A stretch of DNA of 64,000 nt from contig JBHLQM010000004.1 of NCBI GenBank assembly GCA_048884785.1, positions 32,001 to 96,000 on the forward strand, in the 5' to 3' direction. This document shows, in pieces, positions 19,163 to 29,131 of the stretch (its first letter is position 1; every line of letters begins with the position of its first letter). The notes under the pieces are model-generated. The model was given only the letters and a program-made list of their open reading frames with translations. It did no database searches and had not been told where the DNA came from. The position numbers were made by a program, and so were the translations under genes. The stretch comes from Candidatus Thorarchaeota archaeon (GTDB taxonomy: Archaea > Asgardarchaeota > Thorarchaeia > Thorarchaeales > Thorarchaeaceae).

Positions 19163-19651
19163 CTAGCCAGAAATTGAGTCAGCTGTTTTTAGGGCAGGTA
19201 CAACAATTATGCGTCTTAACAGCTCTCGCAAATATTGACTGCTTCTAGCCCTTCGTGCAATCACAGGGCTAATCTCATAGTAAAGAAATACCATGAATCG
19301 ACCTAGGTAGTTCGAAAGAAGGAAATCGTCTCTGAATAACCTTAACCGATTGATCTCAGAATTAAGTGAAGTACCATAAACTGCAGTAGCGATAAAGCAG
19401 TCGGACTCATGTTCATTACAGAGTATCTCTTCTCCAATTATCTTTGCCTTATGCTTGTCACACATGTAGACTGTTTTGTTGCATGTTATGCATTGACCAA
19501 CAGGGTTCACTCCATCATGTAGAGGAATGCCACACCTATCACAATACCTTTGCTTGAAACCATCATCTAGGCTTGCACCACACTTGTGACACTCTGCGGC
19601 ATCACTAGGATTTCCCATCCCGCAGTATCGACATTCGATAATCTCTGGCAT
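19163..19651 (-). CDS. zinc-ribbon protein with a CFI-box-CTERM domain
   Basis: Several CxxC pairs followed by CFIATAVYG...LRLFRD...LGRFMVFLYYEISP. Likely start MPEIIEC. Confidence 0.85.
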   Translation of the reverse strand: MPEIIECRYCGMGNPSDAAECHKCGASLDDGFKQRYCDRCGIPLHDGVNPVGQCITCNKTVYMCDKHKAKIIGEEILCNEHESDCFIATAVYGTSLNSEINRLRLFRDDFLLSNYLGRFMVFLYYEISPVIARRARSSQYLRELLRRIIVVPALKTADSISG

Positions 19652-19824
19652 CTTTTTCCCCCTTTTATTTGGCAATCTTTTAGGCAAATACCAGCAATTT
19701 CTAATTAGCTAATTACTAGGCTAATCATATGGTGTCCTGATTAAGGTTATTAGTTGAAAATTCTAATATTGCATATATGATTTGTCCCGGAATTCCGAAA
19801 GACAAATAGCACGCCACCACGTTT

Positions 19825-22800
19825 TTGGAATTCCTTGGGGGTGGGATGATCATGACTGAGAGAGGTACAGAGCGAGCCGCGCGCGTTGCCGATGTCATGC
19901 AGACTTTAGCACGTATCTTAGTTCTTGTAATAATAATTCCAACTGCAATTCTGTTGGCTGTTTATTACCTGCTAATGGGACTGATACCCGACAATTTGAT
20001 TCGGATGATGTTCTCCCTCACATTTGGCCTTGGCATTGCAGGTGGATTTGTTGCCCGAATGGAGCGTCCTCTTTTGGGAAGCTCGATTGTGACCCTAGCC
20101 GCCATTTTTGGTGCTGTTTCCCTAGCGATTTTTTGGAGTTCCCTCTTCAGCTCGATTGCTGTGCTTCATGTTTACTTAATCGTATTATTGGGAATACTAA
20201 GCTATCTCCATAGGGTTCATGTCATTCCGCCTTGGAGATGGATAAAGATTCGTTCGTTATTAGGAATCTCAATTAGTGCATCAGCACCTCTAGCGTCGAT
20301 TATTCTGTTTCAAGGTATGGGACTGCAAGCTCCTCACATAATTTCAATCTCCATGCTCATTCTATGGGTATACACCGCAGGTGGCCAGTATTATCTTCGA
20401 GCCCTTCGGTTGGGTCCAGCTAGTGCTTTGTTCCTATCCCTTAGCGTATCATTTCTAGTATTGCAGTATCATCTTGATACGTGTCCAGCATCAGATATTC
20501 TATTGAGCATGTCAGTAGCTTTTCTTGGTTTTGGAGGAGGTTTGTTTGTAGTTTCACAGATTCTGCGATTCATTCAGAAATCAATATCCCTGCGTACCAT
20601 ATCTTCTCGTGAAAGGAAACATCGAGAAGGCATTCTCGATAATTATCCAGAGCAGGGAGACGAGCTACCTGATGCGTTTCCGGAATGGATTATCAGGTCA
20701 AAACACGCGCAGGCAATATCTGGAATTGCGATGCTCGCCATTGCGGCAGGCATTCCGGTATACTTTCTATGGATGGCCCAATCTACAACTTGGGGAGTTG
20801 AACCCAGTTTCTTGAATTTGTTCGTGCCGCTCGCATTCTTGGCATTCCTTCTAACATTGATTCCATCACCTGTTCTTTTTCGATTAGGAGGAATCATGCA
20901 AAGGTCAACTGAGAGCAATATAGTAAAGGGAATCGGGCTTCTCATGGTATTGGATGCATCTCTCGCATCATACATTTGGACCCAATTTTGGTTTTTCTCT
21001 CTTATGCAGTCTATTACATTCTCTTTCATCCTCCTAATAACTGGGCTAACAGGTGTCTTTGAGCGAATTCGTGCACTCTGGAAAAGAGTGGGATATGAAC
21101 TCCTGTACCAAATCAAAAAACTAAGACACTGGATTTCAGGGCATCTTGTTCACACTGGAGTTGCGGTAGATTCTGTGATCACATTATTCGTTATGTCATT
21201 TCTTTATCCATTTCTATATCCGCTGCCAAATATGATTGCACCTTTGCTTCTACTTTCAGTAGTTCTATTCACTCTCATTGCTATGGCTGGAGTTGCAGCA
21301 TTACGGATGCTACCTAAGAGAATTCAATTCGCTTCCATAGGGTGGTCCATCCTACTGATTTCAGGTAGCTTGCTGACATATTGGTATCTGACTTACATTG
21401 TTAATATGGAACTAATGCCCTGCCTAGCGTACTCTTCTCTCTGGTTTATTGGCATGGCTGCTCTGCAAAAAGCAAACCTCTCCCGTCCGTTGGTTTCTAT
21501 TCCGGTTGCTTTTGGAGTTCTTGGAACACTCTATCATCTTGTTCCATTGGAGTACAATTATTCATCTATCACATATCCGTGGATCACCATTACCTCAGCA
21601 ATTCTTCTTCTTGGCCTTGTTCTCCATAAAGAGTATATCAGATTTCTCGGTGCAAGTTATAGATTACTTGCTGCCACAGGTAGAAGGATTTACAATGTAA
21701 TCTCGAGGGCTGCCCATGTTATCATTAGTGTTCTAACTCGTTTCGCCACAGCTGCTAGGCGTGTGCTTGTACGTGTAGGAGGTTTCATCTATCGCGGTGC
21801 AGTATTCATTGGACTCCAGCTTCTGAGATTCGTCCTTGCCGTATATACAATAATCATTGTCATTGCAATTGCACATTTCGGATACAATGTTGTCTTTATT
21901 ACAGGAACCTACGAGCCATGGTTTCTTTTCTCTTCTCTTTCACTAGTATTCTTCATTGCTCTATCACCTTCTCTCTATTTTAGAGAACGACACAAGACAC
22001 CTTTGCTGAAGATTGTCATTATTGGAATTGGGCTTACATTAGGCGGTTTTGTGTTTGGTCTAATTTCCTCTCTGCATTTCTGGTTGCGCATTCCTCTATC
22101 CATCGCGTCAGTTCTTGCCTTCTGGACATTAACCCGAAAAGGGTTGCCTGAAAAATCCAGGGATGTTCTTCCTGTGGCAACATGGCTTGCAGTTCTTTCC
22201 GCCATTTCCCTTATGACCTGGCTGACATCCTTTGAAGCCTCATTGGTCGTTGCATCTATAACTACGGCTTTTATCACCGGAGTTGGGTTTTTGCCTATCA
22301 GGATTCAAACCAAACTTGCACGCGTTTCAAGCCTCCTTTACCTAGTTTTGTCTGTTCCTTCGGGAGCAGCCATGGCATTCATGTATACATCGGACTACGT
22401 TCTTTCACTGCTTGTTATCGCAGCTCTTCCAGCTGCAGTACTTTATCGGCAATACTCGAGCGGTCTAGAATTCCTGGCGGGCAAGCTTGCAGCTGGATTC
22501 AGGATTCTGGCATCTGCATTATTGCATGCTTTGAGAATCATAGCACAAAGATTGTCTATTGCAGTGAGATACATATTGATCGTACTCGCGGCAAACATCA
22601 TTCCTGCTACAGGAGTCTTCAGCATTGCCATTTCATTCGTTATAATGCAGGCCCTTCCGCAGTACGTCCAAGTCTGGTTTCTTGGAGTAACAACTAGGTT
22701 GCTTGTTTTCATTCTTCTGACAATGATTCTCTGGTTGCCCGCTCTGCTCATTCGGCATCGCGACTTTCCTCTCTTGTTGTCGGGTGTATTGATAACAATA

Positions 22801-25800
22801 GCAGGCTCGATGGGTGCTCTTTCACTTAGCTTTCTTTTGCCATTGGGATTTCTAAGAGCCTTCCTGCTATCAATTGCGCTAACTTCATTCATCCTTGCAC
22901 TATCTACGCCAGGAATCGAACGAATAGGGTCTCGAAAGGCACCTTCTTCAGTATCATTTTCAGCTCTTCTCTTGTTCTGTCTTGACCTACTCTCTCTAGA
23001 CTTTCCTCTAACCCTTGGTATTCTTGCATTCAGCTTTGCAGTCCTTTCTGCACCATTCTTAAGTAGAATAAACCAGTTTCGGGTCGTCTATCCAATAGCC
23101 ACTGCATCTTCAATTGCCCTAGTATTCTACTACTTTGTACTGCCTATTACTGATCTTTGGTTGACTATTAGTTTATGTGTTGCATTCGAAGCACTACTTC
23201 TTTCAATTCCGAATGAAATTCGATCATGGCAGCTGTGGTGGTTGCTCTCCATCTCCATAGGTTATGCCATCTTCTCAATCATGAATACGGCTCCATATCT
23301 AGGAGCTTTTATCGCAATTCTCATTTCCACTGAACTGATTCACCTGACTCCTGATATAGAATACAGATTCACAGAATACGGTGAAGCATTGAGTGTCATG
23401 AGGGGTTTTCTATTAACTGCCTCAGCTGGGCTAATTCTCTCACCAATCTTATCGGTAGAGCTTGTTGCAGAAATCTGCTTGACAGTATTCCTAATTGTAT
23501 TTTCAGCTTCAATCTGGAACGGAGCATCAGCAAAATCAAGAACGATCTTCCTTGACGCCACGGGAGTATCTCTATCTCTATTATCATTCACATTCTTGTC
23601 GGCACTGCTGGAAGTACACTGGTTGCTCGTTCTCTATATTTCCATCCCGCCAATTTTTGCTGCACTTATTTATGCTTCAACATCAGGTGTCGCACAAAGT
23701 CATCATTGGACCGCACTAAAGGGCGTTGCAGTGCTTTCTATCTCATTGGCATGGTTCAGTGTATATCAAACGGTTGAATCTATTTTACTGGGACTTCCAA
23801 CTGGTCTGTTTATCGCAATCGCTTTATCCTACTGGAATCCTTGGGGCGGGAGTGTGCAAGGGAAGGGTCCAAGTCCTCTCGTGGGGGCTTTCATTTTGCT
23901 GATTGAATCAATCTGGGTATTTTATTCCGTAGTTATATTCTCACTATCTGGGAGTTTGATTCTTCTCGGTGCTTCTCTACTTCCAATTATCCTACTTGGA
24001 TTTCCATTAAGGAACATGATTAGCTGGATGCAGTTTGAATTGATCTGGGATGCAATCTCTGCCTCAATCGCTGTAAGCACCGGATCAATCCTCTCAGGGT
24101 GGGATATTGCATCGCTGACATTTCCACCAAATTTGGCTCTTCTCTTGGGCTGGAGTCTAAGTCTATACTCAATTTTTTCATTATCTGTGACTCATCTCAG
24201 CGAGAAAAGACAAAATCTTCAGACTGAAGAGAAAGTGAGTCATCTGACATGGACTCCTGCAATTCTTGGTTGGACTATTCTCGGATATGCGTACTCCGCA
24301 ATCTTTGAGTTAATCCCATCATTTCAGCTCGGGGTATCCTGGCTGTCTTTCTGCATCTCATCGCTTATTTTTGTAACATTGCATCCCAATCCCTCTTCCA
24401 ACCTTAAAATCGCAATTAACATGCTTGTTTCTACAGCACTTGCCTATTTCACATGGATTACTTTTAGCTGGGTTGACTCACTTTATTCTTTCATTTTTTC
24501 CGTTGGCGTATGGTATCTATTTGGCCTTCCAGTACTTGCAGCTCCTACCTACAGTCTATTTCGCAGAGCGTACGCTTTTATCACTACACATAGTGAAAAC
24601 ATCGCTCTAGGTCTGCCAGTTATAATTGGCTTATGGTTTGGAGCTACATTTCTTCTAGATACAACATGTCCCGCAATTCTTGGTATTGGTGTAAGAAATT
24701 GTTTTCAAGCCTTGGCAATTGGAGCGCTTACTGTTGGTGGCCTTTATCTACTAGAAGGCATGACGCTTAATGGAAATCTCTCATCGAGAGTCAAGCAGCC
24801 ATCAGTAACAATACTGGGACGAGGAGTGTTTGTGTTGCTGCTTGCCATTTACCTTCCTGAGGTTTTCGTTGCGTTTGATTTAGTTTTATACTACCTTGCA
24901 GGTTCTGCTGCAGTCTCGTTCTTTGTGATGTTTTTCCTAAATCTTATCCTTGGCTTCCGCGAGGCAATGAGGAGGTCTCTCATGATTGCTGGAGTTCTTC
25001 TGTTGCCGTCACTTATGGTGGGATTAATGATATTCAATGCATTTCCTCTCCTGGAGTCAATACTACTAGCCTCGTTTGCAAGCTTTCTGGTTGAGAGCCC
25101 CCTCTTCGAAGTCCAGATTAGACGATTCTTTGGAGCTTTGAGAAATGTAGCTACACTCGTTTCAAATGCACTAAGAAAGCTTGGTCATGCAATCAAGCAG
25201 TTTTTCCTTCGCTTTGGATATATCAACTGGATTGCTTTCTCTGCTGGATTCACTATCTGTCTTTCCTGGTTGTCATACCCATTCTTCAGCGAATTTCTCA
25301 ATATGAATCCCCTGAGTTTTGCCTATGTGATTCCTAGCATAGGGATACCAATTCTTGTGCTTGGTTTTCTTTTGCTGAGCATATCCATAATCAGACGTAC
25401 CGTTAGATCTTCATTTGGTTCTGCATCATTCATGATTGCACTTTTTGGAGCAGCAACTACAGGGACATCATGGCTGTTTGACCATGGATTTATGCTGGAA
25501 TCAACGGCAGTTGGCGTAATCCTCGTATGCCTGTCCATTCTGATTTTCATGCGAGAGCGCCATATAATGGGTAGGTGGGTTTCTGCAATTTGGAGCCCAA
25601 TCCCCCTCTCACTTGGCGTCCTTATATTCAGTTTTATTTATCCGGTTGGTTCACCTATTGAATTGCTGCCGCTTGCATTATCTGTATCAGCAATGATTGG
25701 TCTATTTCTCTTATTGCTCTCTGCTTACTCCAGATTGATGCCTAATCGAGTAAAGACTCCTCTCTGGGTCATGACAGGTGCATCGTCTGCGATTGCTACA

Positions 25801-26148
25801 TACATGGTATCTGTGGAAGCCTCATTCCCTGTATTGGCAAGCATTTACCTAGCTGTATTTGTGATGTCTTGGGTGATGTTTCCCCTCACGCATAGGCAAT
25901 ATCGACATCTATTCAATGCACCTCTATTCTTTGCGCTCACGGGCTTTGCATTTACTTTTGTTTTCGGTGAGTATTATCAAGGTCTTTTATTGGCATTGGC
26001 TTCGTTTCTTCTATTCATTGTGCTCTTTGTGAAGGAGCGAGAACCCCGAAATCCAAAACTTGCCTATCTACGTCTCTTTATGCTGATGGTACTTCTCGCT
26101 TTCATTGCAGTATTCGGGATCACAATGCTCGGGGTATTAATGACGTAG
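19825..26148 (+). CDS. giant polytopic membrane protein of unknown function
   Basis: Uninterrupted 2107-codon ORF made almost entirely of hydrophobic helices with short loops. The start may be the ATG about 8 codons in. Confidence 0.88.
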   Translation: MEFLGGGMIMTERGTERAARVADVMQTLARILVLVIIIPTAILLAVYYLLMGLIPDNLIRMMFSLTFGLGIAGGFVARMERPLLGSSIVTLAAIFGAVSLAIFWSSLFSSIAVLHVYLIVLLGILSYLHRVHVIPPWRWIKIRSLLGISISASAPLASIILFQGMGLQAPHIISISMLILWVYTAGGQYYLRALRLGPASALFLSLSVSFLVLQYHLDTCPASDILLSMSVAFLGFGGGLFVVSQILRFIQKSISLRTISSRERKHREGILDNYPEQGDELPDAFPEWIIRSKHAQAISGIAMLAIAAGIPVYFLWMAQSTTWGVEPSFLNLFVPLAFLAFLLTLIPSPVLFRLGGIMQRSTESNIVKGIGLLMVLDASLASYIWTQFWFFSLMQSITFSFILLITGLTGVFERIRALWKRVGYELLYQIKKLRHWISGHLVHTGVAVDSVITLFVMSFLYPFLYPLPNMIAPLLLLSVVLFTLIAMAGVAALRMLPKRIQFASIGWSILLISGSLLTYWYLTYIVNMELMPCLAYSSLWFIGMAALQKANLSRPLVSIPVAFGVLGTLYHLVPLEYNYSSITYPWITITSAILLLGLVLHKEYIRFLGASYRLLAATGRRIYNVISRAAHVIISVLTRFATAARRVLVRVGGFIYRGAVFIGLQLLRFVLAVYTIIIVIAIAHFGYNVVFITGTYEPWFLFSSLSLVFFIALSPSLYFRERHKTPLLKIVIIGIGLTLGGFVFGLISSLHFWLRIPLSIASVLAFWTLTRKGLPEKSRDVLPVATWLAVLSAISLMTWLTSFEASLVVASITTAFITGVGFLPIRIQTKLARVSSLLYLVLSVPSGAAMAFMYTSDYVLSLLVIAALPAAVLYRQYSSGLEFLAGKLAAGFRILASALLHALRIIAQRLSIAVRYILIVLAANIIPATGVFSIAISFVIMQALPQYVQVWFLGVTTRLLVFILLTMILWLPALLIRHRDFPLLLSGVLITIAGSMGALSLSFLLPLGFLRAFLLSIALTSFILALSTPGIERIGSRKAPSSVSFSALLLFCLDLLSLDFPLTLGILAFSFAVLSAPFLSRINQFRVVYPIATASSIALVFYYFVLPITDLWLTISLCVAFEALLLSIPNEIRSWQLWWLLSISIGYAIFSIMNTAPYLGAFIAILISTELIHLTPDIEYRFTEYGEALSVMRGFLLTASAGLILSPILSVELVAEICLTVFLIVFSASIWNGASAKSRTIFLDATGVSLSLLSFTFLSALLEVHWLLVLYISIPPIFAALIYASTSGVAQSHHWTALKGVAVLSISLAWFSVYQTVESILLGLPTGLFIAIALSYWNPWGGSVQGKGPSPLVGAFILLIESIWVFYSVVIFSLSGSLILLGASLLPIILLGFPLRNMISWMQFELIWDAISASIAVSTGSILSGWDIASLTFPPNLALLLGWSLSLYSIFSLSVTHLSEKRQNLQTEEKVSHLTWTPAILGWTILGYAYSAIFELIPSFQLGVSWLSFCISSLIFVTLHPNPSSNLKIAINMLVSTALAYFTWITFSWVDSLYSFIFSVGVWYLFGLPVLAAPTYSLFRRAYAFITTHSENIALGLPVIIGLWFGATFLLDTTCPAILGIGVRNCFQALAIGALTVGGLYLLEGMTLNGNLSSRVKQPSVTILGRGVFVLLLAIYLPEVFVAFDLVLYYLAGSAAVSFFVMFFLNLILGFREAMRRSLMIAGVLLLPSLMVGLMIFNAFPLLESILLASFASFLVESPLFEVQIRRFFGALRNVATLVSNALRKLGHAIKQFFLRFGYINWIAFSAGFTICLSWLSYPFFSEFLNMNPLSFAYVIPSIGIPILVLGFLLLSISIIRRTVRSSFGSASFMIALFGAATTGTSWLFDHGFMLESTAVGVILVCLSILIFMRERHIMGRWVSAIWSPIPLSLGVLIFSFIYPVGSPIELLPLALSVSAMIGLFLLLLSAYSRLMPNRVKTPLWVMTGASSAIATYMVSVEASFPVLASIYLAVFVMSWVMFPLTHRQYRHLFNAPLFFALTGFAFTFVFGEYYQGLLLALASFLLFIVLFVKEREPRNPKLAYLRLFMLMVLLAFIAVFGITMLGVLMT

Positions 26149-26150
26149 GA

Positions 26151-26627
26151 CTAGAATTCTTTATCGGTACAGTACCCTCTCTGAACTCTTCCGGGTACTC
26201 CCTCGAAGGTACGTCCATTGCCTGAGTGGTGTTTAGATTTTCGCCGCAGGACCCCCATGAATGGTTTGCTCATATCTAAAACATGATCGGAAGTATCAAT
26301 GGGATGTTCCAGTTCGAAAAATTGCCCGCTATATCCTCGAGCTAATTGCATTGATTCATTGTATACTGTAATTCTGCCGTTTCTCAGGAGATAGCCTTTT
26401 TCCACCTCAATCTCATCTATTTCATCATTCCAAAGAATAAGGTCTATCTGTGCAGTTTCATCAGCAACTTTGGCTTGAGCTACTCTGTAGCTCTTCCCGG
26501 ATTTCTTTGACCTTACTATTCTAGGCGTGTTTAGCTCAACTACCTTAAAACGGACTGAAATCCTGTGGCTAGTAATCTTTAGTTGGTTGATCTTTAGATT
26601 GTTTTCTACTATTTCTTCTTGAGGCAT
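26151..26627 (-). CDS. single OB-fold ssDNA-binding protein (archaeal SSB/RPA-like)
   Basis: VRFKVVE...VADETAQIDLILWND...NGRITVYNESMQL, then a basic tail. Confidence 0.82.
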   Translation of the reverse strand: MPQEEIVENNLKINQLKITSHRISVRFKVVELNTPRIVRSKKSGKSYRVAQAKVADETAQIDLILWNDEIDEIEVEKGYLLRNGRITVYNESMQLARGYSGQFFELEHPIDTSDHVLDMSKPFMGVLRRKSKHHSGNGRTFEGVPGRVQRGYCTDKEF

Positions 26628-26821
26628 TTCTAATTGACCACACTATAATATTCTTCTACTGAGGTTAAGAACACCTACTCGTTGAGAATTCAGAGTTCCG
26701 CCTATACTTTCCGACACAATTGGCTCTAGAACCTTCTCGCTCCAACTTCTGCAATTCAGTACGATTCATAAGGCACTCAGCTTAAAATACGCCAAACCTC
26801 ATACAACTGGATAGAATACGA

Positions 26822-27223
26822 ATGACAGTCCGCATATTTCTTGTTGATGATGAACCAGCGGTACCAAAACTTGTGGGCATCTACCTCAGAAGCTTTCTTG
26901 ATGATTTTGAGGTCATGAGCTCAACCAGCGGATTGAAGGCGATTGAGAAGATTTCCCTAATCGTGAGGGGTGGCTACTTAGACAGAATTCCTGATATCAC
27001 CGTCCTCGATTTTAGAATGCCAGGAATGGGTGGACTTGAAACTGCGTCAAAACTAAAGGAGTTAGGTGTTCCTAATATCTATATTCTCACAGCGTACATC
27101 AGCCCTGAACTAATAGAAGCAGCAACAACTATTGGAGTAAAGGGAATAATGAGAAAGAGTGAGGGTTTCAAAGAGATAGCTCGTCGAATTGCAGATGCGG
27201 CTAGAGCATTACAAACCTCATGA
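26822..27223 (+). CDS. stand-alone response regulator receiver domain
   Basis: LVDDE, LDFRMPGMGG (phospho-Asp), LTAY and the conserved Lys. Confidence 0.92.
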   Translation: MTVRIFLVDDEPAVPKLVGIYLRSFLDDFEVMSSTSGLKAIEKISLIVRGGYLDRIPDITVLDFRMPGMGGLETASKLKELGVPNIYILTAYISPELIEAATTIGVKGIMRKSEGFKEIARRIADAARALQTS

Positions 27224-27277
27224 TTTATCAACAAAACCCTTTTCAGAATGCAGCAATCTATTGATTTGCTTGAATAA

Positions 27278-28909
27278 GTGGAGGTATCTGATTTGGCACG
27301 CTCTCACTCTAAAATTGCATTTGCGTTATTTGCTCTATTCTTTGCTATGCTATTCATTTCTGGCTCTATGTCAACAGCGCAGGCACAGAGTTTCGGAGAT
27401 GACTGGATTGAAGATGAGGATGAAAAACTGCATATCCTCTTGACATTTGATGGTAGGTCGGCAACTACGGCAACTGAATCTAATCCTATAGTCATACCTC
27501 GAAATGAACCAATGGAACTACATCTAGAAATCAATGTGACCAATGATGTTCCACTTAATGTTAGTGGAGTGATAACTTTTTACTTCAATGATATTCCAGT
27601 GCTTCCTATTCAAATCCAGAATCCTGTTACGGAATCTGCATGGGTGCCTGTTGATCCAGTTTTAGGCATTATCCCAGTCACTTACCTATTCAATCTAAGT
27701 GATTATCTTGAAGTAGGCCCTGTTGATTTGATGACAGGGATATACCAGTCCCGATTATCTTTCAGCTTTTATGAAATAGATCCTTCTGATTCCGTGCGTT
27801 CATCAGTGTTACATACTGTTTACACAGAGTTTTATTTTATACTCCCTGTTGAGAATCCTCTACAGGTGATTACCACCGTTGCAGGTTTGATAACAACTGG
27901 CTCCACTATTGCTGCTGTAGGTGGAGTTGGTTTGAATATACAAAAGATACTCGAGGCTATCCAGACAGCTCACAAAGCTAAAAGTATTCACAAGAAAACG
28001 GGAGAAATTAGATCTCTTCCAAATCTAATGGTTATAGGTGCTCTCCCATTGCTTTTCTCTATGCTATCGAGTATGGTTTCAGTTAAGAAAAAGAAGAGAA
28101 AAGATGCTGTTGAAGATCAACCTGATAGCGTTAGTGAATATCGTCTCAGGCAAAGACTACGCGAAACAGCTCCTGAGGCCTGGCAAGTTGATAAATGTCC
28201 AAGATGCAAACGCGACTGGGACAAGAAAACAAACACCTGCAAGAAGTGCAAGATTGATGTTGATACCGGGCGGCAAGAATACGCTGAGTACCTTTCAACT
28301 AAGACTGAGAAAGCTATCAAAGTTGTAGGGAAGAAGAAATCAATTTCTATTCAAAAACTCTCAAAAGCAATCAAAACCAACGAGTATAACGCCGGAGTCA
28401 TTGGAGCTGCAATGGTGGATACTGGCGTAACAGAGATACAAAAGATTGACACGCCATTCAGGAGTTTTATTATCAATATTGGTGGTCTAATCTTTCTAAT
28501 CCTAACTTGGCAACAGCTACTTGGTGGTGCCGCAAGTAAGTTCCAGACCACACTGACATTTGTGGGTGCTGGGCTCTCTCTCGCAGTTATCATAGCTCTC
28601 TACGTAGCTAGAAAAACTCAGATCGAGAAGCTCAGAGTTGAAGTCGAGGATGGGGGTAAGCTAATGCCAACTGAGGCGGAGAGAGAGGCCAAAGATGAAA
28701 TCCCTGAAGCTGAATCGCTCCCGTCAGAGGACGAGCCGTACGAAGAAGCAACCGATGAGGAAACAGCAGACGAAGAATCTGACGATTATGCGGATGAAGA
28801 AGTATCTGAATTACAGGAGGAGATTGACGAAGAATGGTCTGAAGATTCCGATCTTGATGATGACTCAGATTCATTGCCTCCAGAGCGACTTGACAAAGAG
28901 AGGAAATAG
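27278..28909 (+). CDS. exported/membrane protein with an internal zinc ribbon and an acidic C-terminal tail
   Basis: Signal peptide ending AQA, a beta-rich domain, TM segments, CPRC...CKKC, two more TMs and a D/E-rich tail. Confidence 0.8.
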   Translation: MEVSDLARSHSKIAFALFALFFAMLFISGSMSTAQAQSFGDDWIEDEDEKLHILLTFDGRSATTATESNPIVIPRNEPMELHLEINVTNDVPLNVSGVITFYFNDIPVLPIQIQNPVTESAWVPVDPVLGIIPVTYLFNLSDYLEVGPVDLMTGIYQSRLSFSFYEIDPSDSVRSSVLHTVYTEFYFILPVENPLQVITTVAGLITTGSTIAAVGGVGLNIQKILEAIQTAHKAKSIHKKTGEIRSLPNLMVIGALPLLFSMLSSMVSVKKKKRKDAVEDQPDSVSEYRLRQRLRETAPEAWQVDKCPRCKRDWDKKTNTCKKCKIDVDTGRQEYAEYLSTKTEKAIKVVGKKKSISIQKLSKAIKTNEYNAGVIGAAMVDTGVTEIQKIDTPFRSFIINIGGLIFLILTWQQLLGGAASKFQTTLTFVGAGLSLAVIIALYVARKTQIEKLRVEVEDGGKLMPTEAEREAKDEIPEAESLPSEDEPYEEATDEETADEESDDYADEEVSELQEEIDEEWSEDSDLDDDSDSLPPERLDKERK

Positions 28910-28919
28910 ATGCCTATTG

Positions 28920-28961
28920 TGGTAGCAGGGGTAGCCTGCCCCGCTACCATCTGACTCTTTT
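28920..28961 (+). terminator. GC-rich hairpin followed by a T-tract
   Basis: TGGTAGC-AGGGG...CCCC-GCTACCA followed by CTCTTTT, 10 nt after the stop codon. Confidence 0.6.
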
Positions 28962-29131
28962 ATTCCTAATACCCCGAATCATCCCTGGGTTTCTCTGTTG
29001 GTTTACTCCCGATTATCCCGACTGCCTTACTTCGTTTGGCATTTGGCATATATGGATTCTGAATAGCAATGTCCTATATTGGTAAGAGTGATTAGGGAGG
29101 AGATTCAGCAATGGGCAAGGGATGAACTGCT

